Assembly (NCBI GenBank): GCA_903822005.1
Contig: CAIJNL010000026.1
Coordinates: forward strand, 14,421 to 78,420
Source of the DNA: an uncultured Nitrospiraceae bacterium
GTDB taxonomy: Bacteria; Nitrospirota; Thermodesulfovibrionia; Thermodesulfovibrionales; Dissulfurispiraceae
Reading direction: 5' to 3'
Length of the DNA: 64,000 nucleotides
Position numbers and translations under genes: made by a program. How positions within the stretch are numbered: position 1 is the first letter of the stretch; every line of letters begins with the position of its first letter. Under the pieces are notes generated by a model. The model had not been told where the DNA came from and made no database searches. It saw only the letters and a list, made by a program, of their open reading frames with translations. Shown here piece after piece: positions 1 to 8,735 of this stretch.

Positions 1-3000
1 TTCTTGAGGACCCTACCGGATGCATCATATGAGTCAAAGGTTGTTGTGGCATTTATGGTGCTGATAGAAGCAAGCCGACCGATGCCGTTTAGCACCGTAG
101 GACTGTCGTATGTATAGGTGACCTCAGGATTATTGGCCGGATCGCCAGTGTTGGCATAAGACTTCCTGACAACTCGATTAAGGGCGTCATATTCAAAGGA
201 TGTGATCTGGCCTTTGGCATCCGTTTGTGAAAGAAGATTGCCGTTTGCGTCATATGCGTATTGCCATATGCCCATATCAGGGTCCTGCATGGCGGTCTTG
301 CGGCCCAAGGTGTCATATGTCATAGTTGTCAATCTGCCCTGCGAGTCTGCGATTCTAAGGAGATTGCCGGCAGCGTTATATTGATATGACGTAGTAAAAA
401 GGGCATTATTGTCGCCATACTCCGTCACCCCAATAAGCCTGTCGAGGTAATCCTTTCTTTCAGTCCTGCGCTTTCCATCAGCGTCGGTAACGGTTTTCGA
501 ATAACCCGAATAGGAAATGTTAGCGGTAGCTATGCCGTCAGTGCCCGCAGGATTGGGGCTTTCGACCTTTTTCGGTCTGCCAAAATCATCAAACGTGGTC
601 TGAACCCATGGATATTGCGATGTATTGCCGGGATCTTGCGGATAGTTAAAGCCTGCTCCAACAAAAGGACCGGCTGAATAATAAGCCCTGCCCATATTGT
701 CGTACCATGTGCGCGTAATAAGCGGTTCACCGCCTGCGCCAAATGCGACCTTTTGCACAGTCCTGCCCGAACCATCGTAGTATGCAAGGCTTGTGATAGT
801 ATCTCCCGAATCATTGGTTCCGGTATCAGGCGCAATCTTCCTGATGATCCTGCCGAAGACGTCATATTCAAAGGTGGTAATATTGTTGTTAAAGTCAGTC
901 TTGTTAATCACTTGACCGGAGCTGTAATCATAATCCGCGGTTTCGACCGGCATGATGCCGTTGACCAGCGGACTCTCGGTTCTTACAACATAGGTTTTTG
1001 TCGCATTGTCGAAATATGATTTTACTGACTTGCCAAGGGCATTTGTGGCAGTCTTAAGATTGCCCTCTGGCCAGTAATCCATCGTAATCCTCGAGCTGCT
1101 GCTGCCGGACTCTTTCCAGAGCATGTTGCCGGTACCGGATTCATAGCCGGACGTGGTCATCCTGACCTGCCCGCTGTCGCTGCCGGTTATTGTTGTTTGC
1201 GTGTTCCTCCACAACCAGCTGCCGGCGGCGGGTATGCCATAGTTTTGGTAAACATTATTGGTCGTGATGCTCTCTGCATCAGGGCCTGAGACCGTTTGCG
1301 ACAGCAGATTGCCGTTTGTGTCGTCATAGACATATTGCTCCCTGGAAGTCAGATCAAAACCGCCCGAATGCAAAGTGCTAGTTTTTTCGTTTAGCCTGAC
1401 AAAAACCGGATATATACCTATTGGCGCAGTGCCGCCGCCCCAAACAAACCATGCCTGAGTCAGCAGAACGTTGGCGGCATTCCTGGTTTCTGAATAAAGA
1501 GGCCGCCCTTTGAAATCCGCATAATCGGACCAGTCAGGGTCGTCAAGCATATGAAACCATGTTTTGACCGTAGTCCCGTCAGGATTGGTCTTTTTTACTG
1601 TGCCGAAGCCCCTGAATTCCCTGGTAATGAAATCGTGATAGCCATCAGCATAATCATATGTACTTGTGGAAATATTTCCATTGCCGTCGTTTATCGTGAC
1701 GGACGAAACCACATAGAATACATAAGGCAACTGCAAATTACTGTAATGTGATGACGGCAGATAGGAAAAACTCGTTATGCCGCCGTAGCCGTTTGAAACC
1801 TGCACAAGTTTATTGGCTGGCCCCGGTACAGTAGTGGCAGAGTACTGCCCCCCTGCGCCAGAATTAAACAGGAAATCCTGTTTGCCATCTCCGTTAATAT
1901 CCAAGATATGGTATCGGTTTGGGTCGCCATTGCCCCAGTGCGAAAGAACTAATGAGCCCGGCAAAAAGTAAGATCCGGTTGAATAAGCCACATATATTTG
2001 CCCACCGCCGTCCTCATCCAGAAAAATCAAATCTTCTTTCCCGTCGCCATTGATATCAGCAAAACGAAACCGATGATTGCTTGCAGCCGTGGAATTTCCG
2101 ATGCTCCCCCACCAAGATATCTGCGAGCTAAAGCTGTAACCGTCAGAAAGTGCAACATACACATTAGTAGTATTTTTGTCCATCAATATAAGATCGGCCT
2201 TGCCGTCTCCATTGACATCTGCAAGAAAATACTGGTTCATACTCCAACCTGCAAATGGACTAGTGAATCGCGGCGTCAATGTTACAACATTTATTGTACC
2301 GCCTCCCTTGCCGCCATCGGAAATTGTAGTGACAGTATAGGGGGATACAAAGCTTGATCCCGTTGAAACAGCAACGTAAATATTGCCGCTTGTCAGCAGG
2401 CTGCCAGCATCTTCTGCTGCAGGTTCGATATAGACGACATCTGCTTTGCCATTACCATCAAAATCAGCAAAGCGGTAGTAAGATAAATTACCATTGCCAA
2501 AAGCATATATCCACGGCGCCCAATTGCTGAATCCGGCTCCGGTCGACAAGGCTACATAAATGTTCCCACTCCCTTCGATATACACTAAATCTGCCTTGCC
2601 GTCTCCATTGACATCTACAAAAAAATACCGGCTGGCATCGCCGTTCCCGGCTTGTATCCATGGGGTCCAAGTGCCAAAACTGCTGCCGGTTGAGGGCGCC
2701 ACATAAACAGTTCCATTGTCCTGTACATATATAGAGTCTGCCTTTCCATCGCCTGTAACATCAGCAAAAAAATGCCTTTGAGTGTTTTGCGGGTCGGCAT
2801 TTCCAAACGTTGTCCAGTATGTTGGAGTCGCAAAGCCTGACTCAGTTGCAAGTGAGACCCATTTATCTGCCTGTGCGCCGAACCATACCGCGTCCATCCG
2901 GCCATCGCCATTGAAATCGGCATAATCACATCTGGTGGGATCATTATTACCTATTGAGGTAGATGGGCCTCCCGCAAAACTGGTCAATTCCGGGGCATAG

Positions 3001-3926
3001 CTGAATGTTTTTGCGGGCAGCGAAGTGCCGCCTGTTATGTATCCGCCTGTTACACTGTCCTGGGAGGTGACCACCACATCTGTCCCAAACTGCTGAACCG
3101 CCGAAAGCAGTGACCTGCCTGTGACAGCACTCGATATATACGTAAGCTTATATGCCCCTGCAATACCATTAGCGGCGGAAGTGACTATGGTCTTCAGCCT
3201 GTATGCACTTACCACCATAGAATTTGTTAAATAATTGGCATGCACATCCGTTTTGGGTTCGAGATAAAATTTCACGGAGTTAGCTGCACCAAGATTTGTA
3301 TTGGCATTGCCGGCATAATCGATCCGGTTCAGATATATTTCACCCTGGTCCTTCCAATAGGCCAATGTCATGAAATTCCCGTTCGAATCCTGTACCCTGT
3401 CTATACACCACTTGAACGTCCCGTAGCTATTGTCCTGCCTTGATGAAGCAGTGCTTCCGAAATAATAAATAAATCCCTTTTTGTCGAGAACCTTCCATGC
3501 GCCATTCTCATAAAAGAACCTCATGAAGCCGCCGCTTTCGATCTTGGCCCGGTATTCATTTCCCCCGATATTGACCAACGCATACCAGCTGCCATCTTTT
3601 TTGAAAACAAAATCATTTTTTGTATAATCGACGCCCGCCGTGGTATTCCTCTGAATCGAACTGACATCCAACGCCCACCCTAAACCCAGCCAACCATCGT
3701 CGTTCTGGCTGCTATAGTTAATGCTCAACTGGGGCGCCATATCAAGCCTTGCAGGCGGTACTTTTATGGCGACACTTGCGGTCGCCGCGCCTGTCTGGAT
3801 GAAATTGTCCGCAGAAACGGCTGATCCGCCGCTCTCTCCATCTGCAAGACAATACCCTGGAGCCAAAAAGGTAAATCCAATGAGAATGAGGCCAACCACC
3901 AGTGATCTAAAGGCATTGCCGGACAT
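1..3926 (-). CDS. Secreted SpvB/TcdB-N + FG-GAP (VCBS) beta-propeller + TcdB-mid + RHS/YD-repeat toxin-shell protein (TcB-TcC-like fusion). This is the N-terminal >=1300 aa; the 3' end runs off the window.
   Basis: The minus-strand frame (first codon base = 2 mod 3) is consistent at every point I translated (codons at 239, 1622, 2585, 3926). It is missing from the ORF track, presumably because it has no stop inside the window. From my translation: MSGNAFRSLVVGLILIGFTFLAPGYCLA is a Sec-type signal peptide, with a GAGGTG SD 5 nt before ATG 3926. PQLSINYSSQNDDGWLGLGWAL is SpvB-like. D(V/I/F)NGDGKADL FG-GAP units repeat over about 2950-1800. YDYADGYHDFITREFRGFG (about 1600-1660) is TcdB-mid-like. 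YD repeats include YAYDANGNLLSQTDAKGQITSFEYDALNRV (about 170-262). In-frame alternative starts exist at 3986 and 4151. Confidence 0.85.
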   Translation of the reverse strand, partial: MSGNAFRSLVVGLILIGFTFLAPGYCLADGESGGSAVSADNFIQTGAATASVAIKVPPARLDMAPQLSINYSSQNDDGWLGLGWALDVSSIQRNTTAGVDYTKNDFVFKKDGSWYALVNIGGNEYRAKIESGGFMRFFYENGAWKVLDKKGFIYYFGSTASSRQDNSYGTFKWCIDRVQDSNGNFMTLAYWKDQGEIYLNRIDYAGNANTNLGAANSVKFYLEPKTDVHANYLTNSMVVSAYRLKTIVTSAANGIAGAYKLTYISSAVTGRSLLSAVQQFGTDVVVTSQDSVTGGYITGGTSLPAKTFSYAPELTSFAGGPSTSIGNNDPTRCDYADFNGDGRMDAVWFGAQADKWVSLATESGFATPTYWTTFGNADPQNTQRHFFADVTGDGKADSIYVQDNGTVYVAPSTGSSFGTWTPWIQAGNGDASRYFFVDVNGDGKADLVYIEGSGNIYVALSTGAGFSNWAPWIYAFGNGNLSYYRFADFDGNGKADVVYIEPAAEDAGSLLTSGNIYVAVSTGSSFVSPYTVTTISDGGKGGGTINVVTLTPRFTSPFAGWSMNQYFLADVNGDGKADLILMDKNTTNVYVALSDGYSFSSQISWWGSIGNSTAASNHRFRFADINGDGKEDLIFLDEDGGGQIYVAYSTGSYFLPGSLVLSHWGNGDPNRYHILDINGDGKQDFLFNSGAGGQYSATTVPGPANKLVQVSNGYGGITSFSYLPSSHYSNLQLPYVFYVVSSVTINDGNGNISTSTYDYADGYHDFITREFRGFGTVKKTNPDGTTVKTWFHMLDDPDWSDYADFKGRPLYSETRNAANVLLTQAWFVWGGGTAPIGIYPVFVRLNEKTSTLHSGGFDLTSREQYVYDDTNGNLLSQTVSGPDAESITTNNVYQNYGIPAAGSWLWRNTQTTITGSDSGQVRMTTSGYESGTGNMLWKESGSSSSRITMDYWPEGNLKTATNALGKSVKSYFDNATKTYVVRTESPLVNGIMPVETADYDYSSGQVINKTDFNNNITTFEYDVFGRIIRKIAPDTGTNDSGDTITSLAYYDGSGRTVQKVAFGAGGEPLITRTWYDNMGRAYYSAGPFVGAGFNYPQDPGNTSQYPWVQTTFDDFGRPKKVESPNPAGTDGIATANISYSGYSKTVTDADGKRRTERKDYLDRLIGVTEYGDNNALFTTSYQYNAAGNLLRIADSQGRLTTMTYDTLGRKTAMQDPDMGIWQYAYDANGNLLSQTDAKGQITSFEYDALNRVVRKSYANTGDPANNPEVTYTYDSPTVLNGIGRLASISTINATTTFDSYDASGRVLK

Positions 3927-4025
3927 AGTCGCACCTCGCATCAATATATTGTCAAAAGGGATTCGGATTTTGTTTTTTGGTTTCATTTCAGCTGACGATT
4001 TTGCTTTTCGCATGTCTGGTTGGGG

Positions 4026-4067
4026 CAATAAAAAATCCCGCATCCGGAACAACACCGGTACGGGATT
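4026..4067 (-). terminator. Intrinsic terminator on the minus strand, about 100 nt upstream of the toxin start codon and about 410 nt downstream of the purB stop
   Basis: The minus-sense RNA reads AAUCCCG-ua-CCGG-uguuguu-CCGG-aug-CGGGAUU followed by UUUUAUUG. That is a 7-bp outer stem plus a 4-bp inner stem, then a U-tract. Confidence 0.6.
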
Positions 4068-4381
4068 CATTGAACATGTATAAATCAGTAGAGAACGTCG
4101 ACTCAAATACCTGAGTAACGCCCAGTTTTTCTCAATGCCAAATAATGGCATGTCCGCAATAGGCACCTGTCAATTCCTTTTACGCGGTCATTGCCCCCGC
4201 TATGACCGCGAAATTAAATTCCCAAGTACTGTTTTCCCCTACATCTGATGTAGATTTTTATCCTACAATTATTAAGAGTCTATCACAATGCGAAACGATA
4301 TGCAAATACTTTTATTTTTGCGGTGGGCACGCAGGCAATCAACGAAAACAGAGACAGCAAATTGCTGCCTTTGAAATACCC

Positions 4382-4409
4382 ATTATACTGACTCCAGCGG
4401 CAATTTAAA
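4382..4409 (-). promoter_or_regulatory. Candidate sigma70-type promoter (TTTAAA-16 nt-TATAAT) firing towards the toxin gene
   Basis: On the minus strand there is a perfect TATAAT (plus coords 4382-4387) and TTTAAA (4404-4409) with a 16-nt spacer. It lies about 70 nt downstream of the purB stop. This is motif evidence only. Confidence 0.3.
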
Positions 4410-4477
4410 CGCTGCACCTGCCTGCCACTGAATCGGCATTGTCAGTTTGCTGTGAACCGGAAACCGGGCTGCCGATG

Positions 4478-5770
4478 TTATTTAAAGACCCTCTCGAATA
4501 TGAAATCAACATTGCGAAGATAATAATCGAGATCAAATATCGCCTTTATCTCATCAGCGGAAAGATACTTTGCGATGTCCTTGTCAGCAAGCAAAAGCTC
4601 CATGAAACTGACACCCTTGCCCCAGCTCTCCATCGCATTTTTCTGGACCATCACATAAGCGTCCTCACGCACCATGCCTTTGTCTATCAGCGCAAGCATT
4701 ACCCTCTGCGAATTGAACAGGCCATAGCTCTTCTCCATATTGGCCATCATCCTCTCGGGGTAGACATGCATGTCCTTTATGATACCGGTCATCCGGTGCA
4801 GCATATAATCTACCAGGATAGCGCTGTCAGGTATGATGATCCTCTCGACCGACGAGTGCGAAATGTCCCTCTCGTGCCACAGCGCTATATTCTCTAGCGC
4901 GGCCATGGCATTGGAACGAACGACCCGCGAGAGGCCGACTAGATTTTCGCACCCGACCGGGTTTCTCTTGTGCGGCATGGCCGAGGAGCCCTTCTGCCCT
5001 GCAGTGAACGGCTCTTCTGCCTCGCGCACCTCGGTCCTCTGGAGATGCCTGATCTCAAGCGCCATTTTTTCGACAATCCCGGCGACAAGCGCGAGGGTTG
5101 TCATATATTCCGCGTGGCGGTCGCGCTGAATGACCTGGGTCGCGATAAGTTCCGGAGCAAGTCCGAGCTTCGCGCAGACGATCTCCTCCAGTTTAGGGGG
5201 CAGCGTTGAAAAAGTTCCGACCGCGCCAGAGGTCTTTCCAACGCTGATACCCTTGCGGGCGTTTTCCATCCTGGCCAGGCACCTTTTCAGGTCCGCGTAC
5301 CAGAGGGTAAACTTGAGCCCAAAGGTCATCGGTTCAGCATGCACCCCATGGCTCCTGCCTATGCATGGGACCGCTTTATATTTGAAGGCCTGGTTTTTTA
5401 CGACCTCCATGAGTTCCTTTATATCACCGATGATAATATCGGCCGCCTCTCTCATGAGCAGGGAGAGCGCTGTATCCACAATATCGGATGACGTCAGCCC
5501 CTTATGCACAAAACGCGATTCAGGGCCTATGAATTCGGCCACGGATGTAAGGAAGGCTATGACATCATGCTTGATCGTCTTTTCGATCTCATCAATGCGG
5601 GCGGTATCGAAGGCGGCCTTTTCTTTTATTATTGCAAGCGCGTCCTTCGGAATCTCTCCTAGTTCGGCCCATGCCTCGCAGGCGGCGATCTCAACATCGA
5701 GCCATTTTTTGTACCTGTTTTCGGGTTCCCAAAGCGCGCCCATAACCGGGCGGGAATAGCGGGATATCAT
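4478..5770 (-). CDS. purB: Adenylosuccinate lyase
   Basis: 430-aa ORF. The N-terminus MISRYSRPVMGALWEPENRYKKWLDVEIAACEAW, the SSAMPHKRNP signature loop and the length are typical of PurB. Confidence 0.95.
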   Translation of the reverse strand: MISRYSRPVMGALWEPENRYKKWLDVEIAACEAWAELGEIPKDALAIIKEKAAFDTARIDEIEKTIKHDVIAFLTSVAEFIGPESRFVHKGLTSSDIVDTALSLLMREAADIIIGDIKELMEVVKNQAFKYKAVPCIGRSHGVHAEPMTFGLKFTLWYADLKRCLARMENARKGISVGKTSGAVGTFSTLPPKLEEIVCAKLGLAPELIATQVIQRDRHAEYMTTLALVAGIVEKMALEIRHLQRTEVREAEEPFTAGQKGSSAMPHKRNPVGCENLVGLSRVVRSNAMAALENIALWHERDISHSSVERIIIPDSAILVDYMLHRMTGIIKDMHVYPERMMANMEKSYGLFNSQRVMLALIDKGMVREDAYVMVQKNAMESWGKGVSFMELLLADKDIAKYLSADEIKAIFDLDYYLRNVDFIFERVFK

Positions 5771-5820
5771 AATTTTCCTCCGTTAATCACAAAATAGAGA
5801 CCGAACAGCCTGAAAAGTTT

Positions 5821-6693
5821 CTACAGGAAAAGCAGCCGTTCTATTTTAATAGAGTCCCGCATGACTTTTCCAATGCCGAACAGCCTGCCGTCGGCATCTT
5901 TAAGCCTGAGCAGATGTCCGTGTGCGCCCTGCTGACCGTTCAGCAAAAAGAGAGAGAGCTGATTGCCGTTTTTTGCCTTTTTCAGATCGTCGCCTTCGAC
6001 CCTTAACTCTTCCAGATGGGCAAGCGCGCTGTCGATCGAAAAAAGGGAACCTGGCTTGTCCGGCAGCTCGCTTATTTCAGCCGCATCCTCTATCCTGAAT
6101 CTTCCGATCCTGGTCCTGACCAGTTCCGTCATATGTGCACCCACGCCAAGCGCGTTGCCAAGATCATTGCAGATGGAGCGTATATATGTGCCTTTTGAAC
6201 AGGCGATCTTCAGCTTCAGAAAAGGATTGCTGAATTCGAGTATTTCGAGAGACCTTATAATCACGCGCCTGGGCTTGCGCTCAACCTCCAGGCCTTTGCG
6301 GGCGAGCTTGTAAAGGGGCTGGCCGTTCATCTTTATGGCGGAATACATCGGAGGCACCTGTTCGATCTCTCCTTCAAAGCGCTGCAGCGCCTGCCTGACA
6401 TCGTCCAGGCTGACTGCAGAAGTGTCCGTGCTGCGTACCACCTTGCCATCCGAATCATATGTATCCGTCGACTCTCCCAGTCTGGCCATTACAATATATT
6501 CTTTGTCGAAGGATTCTATGAGGCCGGCTATCTTTGTCGCTTCATTGAGGCAGACCAGCATAAGGCCGGTGGCAATCGGATCGAGAGTGCCGGTATGGCC
6601 GGCCTTTCTGACCTTAAAGGTTTTTTTTACGGCAGTAACAGCATCATGAGAGGTAATGCCCCTGCATTTATTAAGGCTTACTACTATATTCAT
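5821..6693 (-). CDS. truB: tRNA pseudouridine(55) synthase
   Basis: 290 aa. It has the GHTGTLDPIATGLM catalytic-Asp motif and a PUA-like C-terminus. Its start overlaps the lptD stop. Confidence 0.92.
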   Translation of the reverse strand: MNIVVSLNKCRGITSHDAVTAVKKTFKVRKAGHTGTLDPIATGLMLVCLNEATKIAGLIESFDKEYIVMARLGESTDTYDSDGKVVRSTDTSAVSLDDVRQALQRFEGEIEQVPPMYSAIKMNGQPLYKLARKGLEVERKPRRVIIRSLEILEFSNPFLKLKIACSKGTYIRSICNDLGNALGVGAHMTELVRTRIGRFRIEDAAEISELPDKPGSLFSIDSALAHLEELRVEGDDLKKAKNGNQLSLFLLNGQQGAHGHLLRLKDADGRLFGIGKVMRDSIKIERLLFL

Positions 6694-8735
6694 CAGATCT
6701 TAAAGCCGCCAAGCCCTCTCACCTCTAAAAATATTACGAACGTGTAATCAGCAGGTCTTATTCCATCAGAAGGTTTTCTGGTAAAAGTAGTTGTAAGGCT
6801 CCAGCACTGCTCCTTGTATGTCAAGGCTAGCGCAATGTCCCTCAGCCTTTGGCCGTTCTGGACGATCCTGACATCATAAGCCGTGCTGGCTGTCACAATC
6901 CAATGCCTGGACAGAACTGCACTAAGGCTGGGCGAGATCAGCGTCATCCCGTCAATATGGGAGTACAGCTCGGAAAGTCCCAGAGTTACATCCCTGAATA
7001 CCTTGACCGCAATACCACTGTTTAAAGTATCGAGCCTCCTGTTTCTTGAATCGTATGCTCCAAGAAAATTCAGGGTGACCGGTAGTGCCGGCCCGCTTAT
7101 GCTGCCCTTGAGACTGGTGGGCAGCGCGCCCTTATCCATGGAGGCAAAGGTATCGTAAGGCTGTGCAAGTTTAAGCAGTACATTCAAGCCGTTGAACATA
7201 AACTTGTTCATAAGGACAGCCTGCACCACAGACTCTTTGGTAGGCAATTCCGTAGAATCGAAAAGAGGTAAGGCCTTTGCGTTAGGGATATAATTATATT
7301 CCAGTGAAGGTTCTACAATATGCAGAAATGTGCCATAGTTTTTCACAAAGCGGGTCTGCACCTGGCCCCTGTACTGGAACATCTCCCTGTGAAGATTCGA
7401 TCCGTAATTTCCCTCATTGCCGAGGTTATATGCGGTCTCCCTTAAAGAGACTGACTGTGTGAGCCGGACAGTGTCTCCGACAGAGTGGGAGAGAGTGGGC
7501 AGGATATCGAACCTCTGACCGTTTGGATCCGATTTTCGCACAAAGTTTGCGGCATTAGCCGCCAGAGTAAGGACCATCGGGCCGACAGATGTTGGATTCA
7601 GCACATACCCGATCTCCGGCAATTTCTGAGGTACGTGCTCGGCGATATCGCCCCTCAGGTTCACCCAGTACTGGCTGAGCAGATAGGCCCTTGAGGAGCT
7701 GCCCAAAGAGACCGGCGCCGAGACCTCTGCTGAAGATTGCAAAAATCGGCTTATGGTAATCTGCCGCGTATCGCCGTATTCATTGTAATAATCAAACCGG
7801 TTGGCATAATTTATGTCGATAAAGGCCTGCAGCCCCGGACTGGTATATCTGTCCGAGGCCCTTGCAACAACGAATTGCTCCTTCAGCTTCTGGTCATTTA
7901 TTTGATAGACATACCAGTTGCCCTGATGATTTGGCTCAACAAACCGGAATTCGAGTCCGGTGCCGACACCCCTCTTGCTGTAATAATCGGCGTTGATAGT
8001 AGCGTCCATGTTTTCATCTATGGCCCAGAAAAATGAAGGGCTAAGCATGAAACCTTTGGTCGAACTATGTCCTATTGTGGGCAGCAGCACACCAGTCTTT
8101 CGTTCATTGTCAGCCGGACCCTGGAAATATGGCGAATAGAGCACCGGGAAGTCCTTTATGCGATAAGTGACATTGGTCGCAGTCACCTTGTCTCCAACCT
8201 TTATGTCAGCATCATGCCCCTTGAAACACCAGTCCGGTTTTTCGGAATTATCGGCCTTCTTTGACTTAAGCACCCTGGCCGTACGATACTGCTCTGAATC
8301 GCAAGCCGTGAAATAGACAGTCTTTGCATAATAATGATCATCCCCGAGCTTCTGCAGATTAATGCCGTGTATCCAGTTTTTGCCCTGCTTGAGATAGATG
8401 ACGCCGTTATGGAGCATGCCTTTTTTGGTCTTCGCATTGAACTCTGCCTGCTCGGTATTTATTATGAAGTCCTTGTCTTCAAGAACAACATGGCCGGTAA
8501 GCTGCATCTCCTCGGTCGCTTCATTGTATATTGCCACGTCAGCCTTATATACCGCGGTATCTTTTGTAATAACAACATTCCCGGTTGCAACGTACTTTTT
8601 CTGGGCCTTGATGTTTTCAACCTTGTCTGCAGTAATAGTAGTGGCCGCCATAATGTTCGTTGCCATGCAGAGCGTCATTGCCAGCATCGCAAGACAGGCC
8701 TGTTTCAAATGCCCGGCATAAAAGAATCTTTTCAT
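6693..8735 (-). CDS. lptD: LPS-assembly outer-membrane protein LptD (OstA family)
   Basis: The signal peptide MKRFFYAGHLKQACLAMLAMTLCMATNIMA begins at ATG 8735, which forms an ATGA overlap with the folC stop. An OstA-N-like region (GNVVITKDTAVYKADVAIYNEATEEMQLTGHVVL) is followed by a large beta-barrel-type C-terminus ending in F. The 8849 start in the ORF track is probably an over-extension. Confidence 0.85.
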   Translation of the reverse strand: MKRFFYAGHLKQACLAMLAMTLCMATNIMAATTITADKVENIKAQKKYVATGNVVITKDTAVYKADVAIYNEATEEMQLTGHVVLEDKDFIINTEQAEFNAKTKKGMLHNGVIYLKQGKNWIHGINLQKLGDDHYYAKTVYFTACDSEQYRTARVLKSKKADNSEKPDWCFKGHDADIKVGDKVTATNVTYRIKDFPVLYSPYFQGPADNERKTGVLLPTIGHSSTKGFMLSPSFFWAIDENMDATINADYYSKRGVGTGLEFRFVEPNHQGNWYVYQINDQKLKEQFVVARASDRYTSPGLQAFIDINYANRFDYYNEYGDTRQITISRFLQSSAEVSAPVSLGSSSRAYLLSQYWVNLRGDIAEHVPQKLPEIGYVLNPTSVGPMVLTLAANAANFVRKSDPNGQRFDILPTLSHSVGDTVRLTQSVSLRETAYNLGNEGNYGSNLHREMFQYRGQVQTRFVKNYGTFLHIVEPSLEYNYIPNAKALPLFDSTELPTKESVVQAVLMNKFMFNGLNVLLKLAQPYDTFASMDKGALPTSLKGSISGPALPVTLNFLGAYDSRNRRLDTLNSGIAVKVFRDVTLGLSELYSHIDGMTLISPSLSAVLSRHWIVTASTAYDVRIVQNGQRLRDIALALTYKEQCWSLTTTFTRKPSDGIRPADYTFVIFLEVRGLGGFKI

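Noticed and set aside
3381-3390. GTTCGAATCC (tRNA T-loop-like string)
   Set aside because: It lies inside the SpvB-domain coding frame. There is no acceptor/anticodon stem complementarity around it, so it is a chance match. No tRNA gene was seen anywhere in the window.
4432-4476. Hairpin ATCGGCA...TGCCGAT immediately after the purB stop as the purB terminator
   Set aside because: It has a 7-bp stem with a 31-nt loop and no U-tail. The much better terminator lies at 4026-4067.
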